DNA of 64,000 nucleotides from assembly GCA_051531975.1 (NCBI GenBank), contig JAOPTT010000004.1:32001-96000 (forward strand), in the 5' to 3' direction. Of this stretch, positions 26,628 through 36,096 are shown piece by piece. This stretch comes from Spirochaetaceae bacterium (GTDB taxonomy: Bacteria > Spirochaetota > Spirochaetia > DSM-2461). A program made the translations under genes and the position numbers. Below the pieces are notes generated by a model. The model did not search any database. It saw nothing but the letters and a program-made list of their open reading frames with translations, and was not told where the DNA came from. Each line of letters starts with the position of its first letter. The first letter of the stretch is position 1.

Positions 26628-27629
26628 ATGACATTTATACCTGAGTTTACTCCTGAGGTAAAAGAAGCTACTGAGCATTTATATCACTTAGTAAAAGATG
26701 TAATACCAAGAATGGAATGGGAAGTAAAAGCCCCATATATACATAGAATTAATTTATTAAAAAAAGAAAAAAATGTAGTTATATTAGCCCATAATTACAT
26801 GACACCAGATATTTTTCACTGCATTTCTGACATTAAAGGTGACTCATTAGCTTTAGCTAGAGAAGCTGCTGAGACTGATGCAGAGACCATTTTAGTATGC
26901 GGTGTATATTTTATGGCTGAAACTACTAAGGTTTTAAGTCCAGATAAAAGGGTATTAATTTCCGATCCAACTGCGGGCTGTTCTTTGGCAGATTCGATTA
27001 CTGGAGCAGATATTAGAAAACTTAGGGAAGAACACCCTGGAGTACCTGTAGTTACATATGTAAATACAACAGCAGAGACAAAAGCTGAAGTTGATATCTG
27101 TTGTACCTCTGGTAACGCTATAAAAATTATTGAAAGTATAGATAGCGATGAGATCCTATTTGTTCCAGATAGATTTCTATGCAGAAATATGCAGACACAA
27201 ACTGACAAAAAGTTAATTGAGTGGTCTACAGGTAGTTGTGAGGTTCATGAACTTTTTACTGTAGAAAGTATTAACGAATTTAGAGCAGCACATAAAGACT
27301 TAGTTGTGATTGCACATCCAGAATGCCCTAGAGAGATTGTTGAAGCCTCAGACTTTTCTGGGTCTACAGCGAATATGATTAATTATGTGGATGCCAATAA
27401 ACCTAAAAAGGTTTTAATGGTAACAGAGTGCTCAATGAGTGATAATTTAACCGGGCTTTATCCTGAAGTTGAATTTGTTAGACCATGTAACTTATGCCCA
27501 CATATGAAAAAAATTACAGTTGAAAATATACTAGAAACATTGGAGACGATGTCTCCAGAAGTTTTTGTAGACCCAAAAGTTATAGAGGGTGCTAAAAGAT
27601 CTGTTGAAAGGATGTTAGAGGTTAAATAG
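26628..27629 (+). CDS. nadA: Quinolinate synthase
   Basis: ILAHNYM, GDSL, CGVYFMAET, AGCSLA, YVNT, CTS, CEVH, AHPEC, CPHMK. Confidence 0.96.
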   Translation: MTFIPEFTPEVKEATEHLYHLVKDVIPRMEWEVKAPYIHRINLLKKEKNVVILAHNYMTPDIFHCISDIKGDSLALAREAAETDAETILVCGVYFMAETTKVLSPDKRVLISDPTAGCSLADSITGADIRKLREEHPGVPVVTYVNTTAETKAEVDICCTSGNAIKIIESIDSDEILFVPDRFLCRNMQTQTDKKLIEWSTGSCEVHELFTVESINEFRAAHKDLVVIAHPECPREIVEASDFSGSTANMINYVDANKPKKVLMVTECSMSDNLTGLYPEVEFVRPCNLCPHMKKITVENILETLETMSPEVFVDPKVIEGAKRSVERMLEVK

Positions 27630-29167
27630 TGAAAACTGTTTATGACCTGATTGTTGTTGGTTCAGGTGCTGCAGGTCTAACTGCTGCACTAGAGGCCAAT
27701 GGTAAAAAAGTATTAGTAATTACTAAAACTAACTCATTTGCTAGTGGCTGTACTCCTTTAGCTCAAGGTGGAATTGCTGCTTCTGTAGGTTCCGATGACT
27801 CTGCATTATTACACTATTTTGATACGGTTAAAGCAGGGGTATATTCTGGGCGCTCAGACCAAGTTTCATTTTTAACAAAACATGGTGTTTCCGCAATTGA
27901 TAGTCTATTAAAGTTGAATATGACCTTTGATAAAACAAGTTCTGGTGGATTAGATCGAAACCAAGAAGGTGCTCACTCAAGGCGTCGAGTATTAAAAGCT
28001 GGTGGAGATGCCACAGGCAGAGTCTTAGTTGAAACTCTTTATTCAGAGGCGTTAAGAAAAGATAATATAAGTTGGGGATCAGACCTTTTTGTATATGATT
28101 TAATATTAAATACCGACACAATTAATGGTGTCAAAGCTTACTCCAAAAAAGATGGGTGGGTGAAAATCTACTCACCTAGAGTAATTTTAGCAACTGGTGG
28201 TTTAGGACAACTTTTTGGACATACTACAAACCCTATAGAAGCCACAGGGGATTCAATGGCTATTGCCCTTCGCTCTGGATTAAGGTTAAAAGAAGTTGAA
28301 ATGGTTCAGTTTCACCCTACTGCTTTAAATGTAAATAGTGGAGACTCTTTAAAGTTATTAACCGAAGCTTTAAGAGGTGATGGTGGAAAGCTTGTAAAAA
28401 AAGATGGAACTCCTTTTATGGGAAAATATTCTCCACTAAAAGATTTAGCTCCAAGAGATATTGTTGCAAGAGCTATTTGGAACGAGATGGGGAATGGGCA
28501 TGACATCTATTTAGACCTTAAGGGAATAAAAGATATTAGGGTAAAGTTTCCAACTGTTACATCTTTTTGTTTAAAAGCTGGACTAAATCCAAATAGAGTT
28601 CTAATTCCAATTACCCCGGCAGTGCACTATGTCATGGGTGGGGTAGATATTAATTCTAAGTTACCAAAAGGCTTAGGTGTCGCTGGAGAGGCCGCTTATA
28701 CTGGTGTTCATGGTGCAAATAGATTAGCAAGTAACTCCCTTTTAGAGTGTTTAGTTTATGGTAAATCAGAAGTTGAGAAGGTTTTTAATTGTAACCATAC
28801 TGTAGAAGATATAGAAGTTGAATTTCCTGTTGTAAACAGACTTCCAAATCAAAACATGGTAAAAAAATTCAGAAAGTTATTACAAGAAATAATGTATAAA
28901 CATTGCGGTATTATTAGAAATCAAGAAATGTTAGAAGCTGGGGAAGTTAAACTTCTTGATCTAAAGATACTGATAGACAGCTGTGAAAGACCAGCTACAA
29001 AAAATATAAAATATAAAGATGTTGTTAATTGGTTAGAGTTAAATAATATGATCATATTAGGATTAAGTCTTATCCGATCGGCAATATATAGAAAAGAGAG
29101 CCGTGGAGCTCATTATAGAGAAGACTATCCAAAAACATCAATAAAATGGGATAGAATAAAGAGTTAG
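27629..29167 (+). CDS. nadB: L-aspartate oxidase
   Basis: GSGAAG, AQGGIA, EGAHS..R, QFHPT, TEALRG, LAPRDIVAR, HGANRLASNSLLE, ESRGAH. Confidence 0.95.
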   Translation: MKTVYDLIVVGSGAAGLTAALEANGKKVLVITKTNSFASGCTPLAQGGIAASVGSDDSALLHYFDTVKAGVYSGRSDQVSFLTKHGVSAIDSLLKLNMTFDKTSSGGLDRNQEGAHSRRRVLKAGGDATGRVLVETLYSEALRKDNISWGSDLFVYDLILNTDTINGVKAYSKKDGWVKIYSPRVILATGGLGQLFGHTTNPIEATGDSMAIALRSGLRLKEVEMVQFHPTALNVNSGDSLKLLTEALRGDGGKLVKKDGTPFMGKYSPLKDLAPRDIVARAIWNEMGNGHDIYLDLKGIKDIRVKFPTVTSFCLKAGLNPNRVLIPITPAVHYVMGGVDINSKLPKGLGVAGEAAYTGVHGANRLASNSLLECLVYGKSEVEKVFNCNHTVEDIEVEFPVVNRLPNQNMVKKFRKLLQEIMYKHCGIIRNQEMLEAGEVKLLDLKILIDSCERPATKNIKYKDVVNWLELNNMIILGLSLIRSAIYRKESRGAHYREDYPKTSIKWDRIKS

Positions 29168-29176
29168 GAGAACCAG

Positions 29177-30016
29177 TTGAGTTTAAGAGAAATACAGTAT
29201 AAAGATATAATTGAAAATGCTCTTTTAGAAGATTTTAGAAGAGGTGGAGACCTTACGACTAATGCATTAATTCCAGAAAATGCAATTGGCGATACAGTAT
29301 TAAGAGCTAGGGAGAGTGGAGTTATAGCCGGCCTAGAGGCATCTTTATATGCATTTATTGTATTAGATCCATCTGTTAAGTTTAATATTTATAAAAATGA
29401 TGGTGATAGGGTAATATCTGGAGACAAAATTGTTAAAATTTCTGGAAACATTAGAGCCATGTTATCTGCAGAAAGAACATGTTTAAATCTCTTAGGGCGA
29501 TTATGTGGAATAGCTACCTTTACAGACTCTTTAGTTGAAGAAGTAAAAGGAACTAAAGCTAGAGTTGCTGATACAAGAAAAACAACACCTGGGTTTAGAG
29601 CTCTTGAAAAATATGCAGTAAAAGTTGGAGGTGGTATTAATCACCGATTTGGCCTAGATGATGCTGTAATGATTAAAGATAACCATTTGGCATTTAGTAA
29701 GTCTTTGACTGATGCGGTTAATAAAGTTAGGGCTAGTGTTGGACATACTGTAAAAATTGAAGTTGAAGTTGATACCTTAGATCAGTTAGCTGAATTATTA
29801 AAAAATCCTGCAGATATAGTTTTATTAGATAATATGCCCCCTGAAACATTAAAAAAAGCTGTAAATATGGTAGATGGTAAAATGACAACAGAGGCTTCTG
29901 GAAATATCTCCATAGAGACTATAAAAGCTGTTGCAGAGTCTGGTGTTGATGTTATATCTAGTGGTGCATTAACTCATTCTGTGAAAAATTTCGATATAGG
30001 GCTAGATAGGAATTAA
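29177..30016 (+). CDS. nadC: Quinolinate phosphoribosyltransferase
   Basis: DTRKTTPG, HRFGLDD, IKDNH, EVEVD, LLDNM, EASG, GALTHS. Confidence 0.96.
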   Translation: MSLREIQYKDIIENALLEDFRRGGDLTTNALIPENAIGDTVLRARESGVIAGLEASLYAFIVLDPSVKFNIYKNDGDRVISGDKIVKISGNIRAMLSAERTCLNLLGRLCGIATFTDSLVEEVKGTKARVADTRKTTPGFRALEKYAVKVGGGINHRFGLDDAVMIKDNHLAFSKSLTDAVNKVRASVGHTVKIEVEVDTLDQLAELLKNPADIVLLDNMPPETLKKAVNMVDGKMTTEASGNISIETIKAVAESGVDVISSGALTHSVKNFDIGLDRN

Positions 30017-30056
30017 TTTATTGTAATAGATTCAACCATCTATTATTATTTACCTT

Positions 30057-31745
30057 ATGTTTGATATAAAAATAATAATTATTATCGCTCAAATGTTTAT
30101 TCCTCTCTTTTTCATAATCATTCAGTTTGAAGAATCGGGTTGGACTAAAAAAAATGCAATAAAACTGAATATTGGTGCTAACTTTTCTCAATTTATTGGA
30201 TATCTTATAGTATTATTCAGCTTTAGGTTACAGTATTTTTGGGTCATAGATCTATCAAACTTATTTATTTTAATTAGTTTTTCCTTTGTTCTTGTTTCGA
30301 CACTAAAACTTTTTAATGTGGATATTTCAAAAAAATTATTAATTGGCTGGGTTACGGTCAGTTTTATATTAACTACATTTTCTACAGTTTTCTTAAAGTG
30401 GCATTTTGTTAGCCTTTGTATTATGACTTTTGGTCCAGGAATCCTATTTTTATATTCAATGTTACTTTTTTATCTCAAATTTAATAAGATAAACAGACCT
30501 CTTTTAAAAGTATTTATTTCAGAGTTTATAATAATATCTATATGTCTATTTATTCGTTTTTTCCTCTCAATGTTTTGCTTTAATAAGTATGAAGGTCTAT
30601 TTTCATATTCATGGGTATTTACACTCTATATTATTGGTAATTCTCTATTTATGCTTGTTTGGAACTACACCATTCAGTTAAAAAGAGCTTCCCAGTTTAA
30701 AACTGAAATAGAGGGGAATGTAGATCGATTATATAAGATTCAAGAAGACCTCTCTATATTGAATCATGTATATTATGAAAATAGTATTAGCTGTAGTCTC
30801 ACGGAACTATATTCAAATATATTTGATATTATTTATGACAGGTTTTCTGCTGAAAGAATTATACTTTATTTAGAAGACCAAGGTAACCTTGTTCCAGTTT
30901 ATTATAGAGGGGTAACTTTAGATGAAATTCATAATGTATTAAGTCAAGATGAAGCAGCAATAATTAGAAATGAAGCCTTTTACGATATGAAGGTTTCTGA
31001 AGTTTATGTTGGAAATTTACCAGAAGGTAACCTGAAAAAAATGTTACTTTCTAGAGGTCTTATTGGAGCAGTTTCTTTTCCTCTTTGTACTAGGGGGGTA
31101 GCTATTGGTTCCCTCTCCTTAGGAATATCATCTAATAGTACAATTATAAATAAAGATAGGGAGATCTTTTTATCTATTTGCAGGCAGGTCGCAGGCGTTA
31201 TATATAGTGCAAAGGTTCATAATGAACTGCTTGAAAGTCAGAGTGAATTAAAAAAGATGGCAACTACGGATCAACTAACAGGAATATTTAATAGACAGGG
31301 TTTTTTAAAGCAGTTTAAGGGTGAATTTAGTTCTGCCTTACGGCATAAAGATTTCATAACCCTTTTTATGCTAGATATCATTAATTTAAAAAAAGTAAAT
31401 GATAAATATGGCACTGATATTGGGGATCAAGTTTTAGTAGAAGTTACTGGAATTATAAATAAACAATTCAGAGAAAATGACCTTTTTGCAAGATATGGAG
31501 ATAAGGAATTCGCAGGAGCTCTATTAAAAAGTCATAACAGTGGGGCATTATGTAAACTTCAGAAGATTGTTGATGATGTTTCAAGTTTAAAGCTATATGG
31601 ATATCCCGACTTAAAAATAATAGTTTCATTAGGTTTTTGTCATTTTATTGATAGTTTAAGCAGTGCCGATGAGATGCTTAAAAGAGCATCTCATGCTCTA
31701 ACAGAAGCTAAAAAAATTGGTGACAACAAACTTTCTGAGGGTTAA
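30057..31745 (+). CDS. Multi-TM GAF + GGDEF-domain protein with degenerate active site
   Basis: About 7 TM segments, GAF-like region, ATTDQLTGIFNR, KKVNDKYG..GDQVL, FRENDLFARYGDKEF. Confidence 0.85.
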   Translation: MFDIKIIIIIAQMFIPLFFIIIQFEESGWTKKNAIKLNIGANFSQFIGYLIVLFSFRLQYFWVIDLSNLFILISFSFVLVSTLKLFNVDISKKLLIGWVTVSFILTTFSTVFLKWHFVSLCIMTFGPGILFLYSMLLFYLKFNKINRPLLKVFISEFIIISICLFIRFFLSMFCFNKYEGLFSYSWVFTLYIIGNSLFMLVWNYTIQLKRASQFKTEIEGNVDRLYKIQEDLSILNHVYYENSISCSLTELYSNIFDIIYDRFSAERIILYLEDQGNLVPVYYRGVTLDEIHNVLSQDEAAIIRNEAFYDMKVSEVYVGNLPEGNLKKMLLSRGLIGAVSFPLCTRGVAIGSLSLGISSNSTIINKDREIFLSICRQVAGVIYSAKVHNELLESQSELKKMATTDQLTGIFNRQGFLKQFKGEFSSALRHKDFITLFMLDIINLKKVNDKYGTDIGDQVLVEVTGIINKQFRENDLFARYGDKEFAGALLKSHNSGALCKLQKIVDDVSSLKLYGYPDLKIIVSLGFCHFIDSLSSADEMLKRASHALTEAKKIGDNKLSEG

Positions 31746-31831
31746 AAAAACGCTATCAGTTCTAATCATTCCGTTGTATTATTTATCATCACTAAATTCT
31801 TATGTGAAATAATCTTTTAAAAGGTGGAAAG

Positions 31832-32233
31832 TTGTCTATAACTCATTTTTTAAATAAATATCTGAAAATTAATGTTTCAACCTATCTATTCAGACTGCTT
31901 CCTAAAAGAGAAAAAGAGTATCTAAACCAAATAAAAGTATTAGAGGAAGAGTTATTAACAATAAGAGAGCGATTAAAAATATATATTCAAGACTATATCG
32001 ATCCCATAGAAGCCGGTCTAACATCAGCAGAACTTATACTGCTAGAAAACCTATGTTGTTATAAAGAGTCTAATTCACAACTTGGTTTAAGATTAAAAAA
32101 GTCCGAAAATACTGTTAAAGTTCAACTGACAAATATTATGAATAAAATAGGAGCTGATGATAGACATCAGCTAATTGATTTATGTAGGTTTTACTACCTC
32201 AAAATGAAAGAATTAAAAGCCTTCACTATTTAG
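31832..32233 (+). CDS. Small protein with C-terminal LuxR-type HTH
   Basis: GLTSAE..SNSQLG.RL.KSENTVKVQLTNIMNKIG..DRHQL. Confidence 0.7.
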   Translation: MSITHFLNKYLKINVSTYLFRLLPKREKEYLNQIKVLEEELLTIRERLKIYIQDYIDPIEAGLTSAELILLENLCCYKESNSQLGLRLKKSENTVKVQLTNIMNKIGADDRHQLIDLCRFYYLKMKELKAFTI

Positions 32234-32996
32234 AATTAAGGATCTTTTTGAAATCAGAGATTGTTGCATAAGCTTTACTCATAGGGAATGTCAATTTCCC
32301 TGTTTCACGGAATTTTGCTGCAGCTTTATGGTTAAAACATTGATTAGCTGTTAAAAACTGACCCCAGAAACCAAGATGCCACTCAATATCCCACATTCTG
32401 TCATGAATGGAATTGTTCCACTCTTTTGGCATTTTTTGTTGCCATGCTGGAAGATCATTAAGCCAACTAACTGTCCTTAATCCTTTGAATCCAGCTTTTT
32501 CTGCTTCGGATACAGCTATATTAAGTTTGTTGTAAAAATATTTTTCATCAGATAAAAAAGATTTTGGATATAGTGAGTTTTCCATGTGAATTTCCAAGAA
32601 TTCCTCTTTTGATGAAAGATCGTATCTAATCCAACTCGCTGGGCGGTATTTATCATTATTAATTCCTACCAAGTCTCTCTTAGCTCTAGTTTCTATATAT
32701 GGTTTTAGTAGTTCAAATCCACTTATTTCAAACTTTTTTGGGTCGTTATCTAAATTATATATTTCTTCTAGTTCTAAACGTAACTTTGGCCACTTCTCGC
32801 CTTCAAAATTAGGAAAATCATAGATTGTTTTAGGATTGAATTCTGTGTGACAAACTAAAGGTGTCCTTTCGTGTAAAATCCAAGTAAAATCCTTGTTAGG
32901 CTCTCTATTTTTCCACTCTGCAGCTACCCAAAGACTCAACTTTACTGTTTCATTTAAATATTCTTTGTGTTCTTTTAATGTTTTTTTATTATGCAT
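32226..32996 (-). CDS. Hypothetical protein (possible GNAT-like C-terminal half)
   Basis: 256-aa ORF with AAGGA RBS; Trp-rich motifs LEIHMEN, TVSWLND, GFWGQF. No confident family. Confidence 0.6.
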   Translation of the reverse strand: MHNKKTLKEHKEYLNETVKLSLWVAAEWKNREPNKDFTWILHERTPLVCHTEFNPKTIYDFPNFEGEKWPKLRLELEEIYNLDNDPKKFEISGFELLKPYIETRAKRDLVGINNDKYRPASWIRYDLSSKEEFLEIHMENSLYPKSFLSDEKYFYNKLNIAVSEAEKAGFKGLRTVSWLNDLPAWQQKMPKEWNNSIHDRMWDIEWHLGFWGQFLTANQCFNHKAAAKFRETGKLTFPMSKAYATISDFKKILNSK

Positions 32997-33070
32997 ATAT
33001 ATTCCTTACTTAGAAAGATAATACATAATTACTCTTTTTTCTATAAAGATGATGATGTATGTTTATAAGT

Positions 33071-34237
33071 ATGAATAATTTTATATATTATAATCCAGTT
33101 AAGATTGTTTTTGGAAAAGATACAATCAATAAATTAGAAAGTCTGCTTCCCGTAGATAAAAAAATACTACTTCTTTACGGTGGAGGATCAATTAAAAAAA
33201 ATGGTGTTTACGATCAAGTTATTAGTGCAACTAAGAAGTTTGAAGTCGTGGAGTTTTCTGGAATTGAAGCTAACCCTGTTTATGCAACATGTTTGAAAGC
33301 TGTAGAAATAGTTAAAAAAGAGAACATAGAATTCATATTAGCTGTTGGAGGTGGGTCAGTTGCAGATGCAGCAAAGTTTATTGCGGCAGTATCAGCAATG
33401 GAATGTGATGATCCATGGGATACTATAGTTGTAAAAGCAAATGTTACAAGTGCTCTACCGGTTGGAACAGTTATGACTCTACCTGCCACAGGTTCAGAAA
33501 TGAATGGTAACTCAGTTGTATCGAATAGTGAGTTAGGTATTAAAAGAGCATTTTCAAGTCCTAAATTATATCCAGTATTCTCTATTTTAGACCCTGAGAC
33601 TACATTTTCATTACCTCCTAGGCAAGTTGCTAATGGTATTGTTGATGCATATATACATGTCTTAGAGCAATATCTTACAACTGATATTAACACATCTGTA
33701 CAGGATCGCTGGGCTGAAGGTATTCTATTAACACTTATAGGTTTAGGTAAACGAGTAATAGATAATCCAACAGATTATGATGCTAGATGTAACTTGGTTT
33801 GGGCAGCAACCTGTGCGTTAAATGGTATTATTGGTGTAGGTGTAGATCAAGACTGGTCCACCCATGTAATAAGCCATGAAATTACAATTGCATATGGTAC
33901 TGATCATGCTCAAAGTTTAGCTATAGTATTACCTGGTCTTTTGAGTATTCAGCGTAAGCAGAAACAAAAAAAACTACTACAGTATGCAAGTAGAGTTTGG
34001 GGTGTTACTCAAGGTGATGCTAATGTTGTAATAGACGAAGTTATTACAAGAACTTCTCTGTTTTTTCAATCTGTAGGTGTTTCTGGTCGATTTGTAGACT
34101 ACAATATCGACCCTGAAAAAGCTGCAGAAGAAATAGGTGAAATTTTTATTGCTAGGGATTCAATGTTAGGTGAAAAGCAAGATATATCTGGAGAAGTTGT
34201 AAAAAAGATTTTATTAAATAGGCAGTGTCTATATTAA
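33071..34237 (+). CDS. Iron-containing alcohol dehydrogenase (YqhD/Bdh-like, NADPH-type)
   Basis: YGGGSIKKNG, AVGGGSV.D, TLPATGSE, DAYIH..E, H..SH, HAQSL. Confidence 0.93.
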   Translation: MNNFIYYNPVKIVFGKDTINKLESLLPVDKKILLLYGGGSIKKNGVYDQVISATKKFEVVEFSGIEANPVYATCLKAVEIVKKENIEFILAVGGGSVADAAKFIAAVSAMECDDPWDTIVVKANVTSALPVGTVMTLPATGSEMNGNSVVSNSELGIKRAFSSPKLYPVFSILDPETTFSLPPRQVANGIVDAYIHVLEQYLTTDINTSVQDRWAEGILLTLIGLGKRVIDNPTDYDARCNLVWAATCALNGIIGVGVDQDWSTHVISHEITIAYGTDHAQSLAIVLPGLLSIQRKQKQKKLLQYASRVWGVTQGDANVVIDEVITRTSLFFQSVGVSGRFVDYNIDPEKAAEEIGEIFIARDSMLGEKQDISGEVVKKILLNRQCLY

Positions 34238-36063
34238 TAATAAACTACAATCTCTTCCCTTAGTTTTGTATGATTTGGCATAAAGTAAAGCAGTTGGGTA
34301 CTTGGTTCGTAGTAGTACCCAATACCCCATTTCTCAAAGTTTTTATCAGCACGCCATGCAGTACCTTTAAAATTTAAGCTTTTATATGGTTTAATACCTG
34401 ATATAATTAAAAAGTGAGAATTGACCTTAGTATATTTGTCTAATGGATAAGTTATAGTAATTCTTGTATCTTTACTTGATCTGTTTATTACAATCGAGTC
34501 TGAAATTGTCCAAATCTTTATACCGTTACTCTGATAATAGTGTGGTAGATATCGGTTTTGTGAAAGTAGTAGGTAACTATCTTCTGCTTTTATAATTTCC
34601 TGGGAATATGTCTTCTCTTTGAAATTATAGAAAGTAAAATTTGATCCTAAATTATCACTATTGTTCATATAGGTTTGTATTAGAGCTTCACCAATTGGTT
34701 TTGAATATTCACTTGTTTCATGTTGGGAAGCTTCAATTAATAGTTTCCCTGTTTTAAGGTTTAATAGTTGAGATGAAATATCTTCATTATTAACTAGATA
34801 TATCCCAGAGTCATCCCATTTAATATTTTGAATTATTAAGTCTGTAATCTGCTTTATACTATCACTACTTATACTATTTATAGTTCCCATATCTAGAATT
34901 TGTATTAGGTGATATAAGGAGTTGGAAAGTTCGGTTAAGTTTAGGTTTTTTTTATCAATTTCATTTATAATCTTCTCAAGAGTAGTTATTTCAATCTCAC
35001 CAGCTTCAAAATAATGTAATGGAATTTGTGATTGGAGTATTTTATTATCTCCAGATTTAATTTGCCTCTTTATCTCTGTTAGTTCTTTCTTATCTAGGGA
35101 CATTCCCTTGTTTCCATTACGTACAACATTCCCAAGAAAGGGTGTGGAGTTATAGGTAAGTATATTAGGGTATCGAGATTTTATTCCCTTTATCTTTTTA
35201 AGACTATTTGTATAATTTCCTGTTAACATCGCCTTTGCAAGATAAACAATTATACTATTTTCTGAGAATTTATTTAGGCTAGGTATATTCTTCCAAGTTT
35301 CACCATTAGTATCATTTTTGGGTACATATCTAATTGGACCAAAGACTTGGTTAATACCGTCATCAATCTTACTAAGATAATTTTCTAATAAAACTGCTAA
35401 AGACTCTTTTTCAAGTTTCTTTTGTTCAATATACCACTGTTCTGCTATAGGTAGATCACTATCGTCTAACTGGCTAAATGTAAGAGTTGAAACTTTATCA
35501 TCCAAAGCAGTTAAATGTATCCGTTTTTCCAATTGATTTACAAAATATTTATCATTGACTTTAAGGTGAAATTCCTGGTTTTCATTGCTAATAACATAAG
35601 ATAACTCTGTTTCGTTCAATTCATAATTATTAACAAGTGTATAAGGAATGTATAATTCTTTTATATTAGGAAATACCCTAGGAATATTACTGCTTATTGT
35701 TAGTCTTTCCCCATAGTTATCAACTCTAAATATTAAAGAGATACTGTTTTCTAAGTTTACTTGCACAGAATTATCCATAATACTTAGGTCTTCTATATTA
35801 GAAGATCGTATTATATCGTCGTCACTAATTACAGTTACGACATTCTTTTTTGATAAGTAAAATGATAAACCTTTGTAAGTTAATTCAAGAGATTTTATTC
35901 TTTTTGGTATCAAGGGAAAATCTATTGATGATGTCTCTTTTATGTCTAAACCATCAATGTTGTATGAATGAATCTCTTTCCCTGAAAAGAAAAGATATAA
36001 TAGAGTTATTATTACAGCTATATATATTAGTCTAAATATAGATGTTATTTTAAAGATTTTCAT
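34234..36063 (-). CDS. Hypothetical membrane-anchored protein
   Basis: 609-aa ORF, N-terminal TM, no recognised motif. Confidence 0.65.
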   Translation of the reverse strand: MKIFKITSIFRLIYIAVIITLLYLFFSGKEIHSYNIDGLDIKETSSIDFPLIPKRIKSLELTYKGLSFYLSKKNVVTVISDDDIIRSSNIEDLSIMDNSVQVNLENSISLIFRVDNYGERLTISSNIPRVFPNIKELYIPYTLVNNYELNETELSYVISNENQEFHLKVNDKYFVNQLEKRIHLTALDDKVSTLTFSQLDDSDLPIAEQWYIEQKKLEKESLAVLLENYLSKIDDGINQVFGPIRYVPKNDTNGETWKNIPSLNKFSENSIIVYLAKAMLTGNYTNSLKKIKGIKSRYPNILTYNSTPFLGNVVRNGNKGMSLDKKELTEIKRQIKSGDNKILQSQIPLHYFEAGEIEITTLEKIINEIDKKNLNLTELSNSLYHLIQILDMGTINSISSDSIKQITDLIIQNIKWDDSGIYLVNNEDISSQLLNLKTGKLLIEASQHETSEYSKPIGEALIQTYMNNSDNLGSNFTFYNFKEKTYSQEIIKAEDSYLLLSQNRYLPHYYQSNGIKIWTISDSIVINRSSKDTRITITYPLDKYTKVNSHFLIISGIKPYKSLNFKGTAWRADKNFEKWGIGYYYEPSTQLLYFMPNHTKLREEIVVYY

Positions 36064-36096
36064 ACAGAGTTTTCCTTATTCGCCGAACATAACTGT

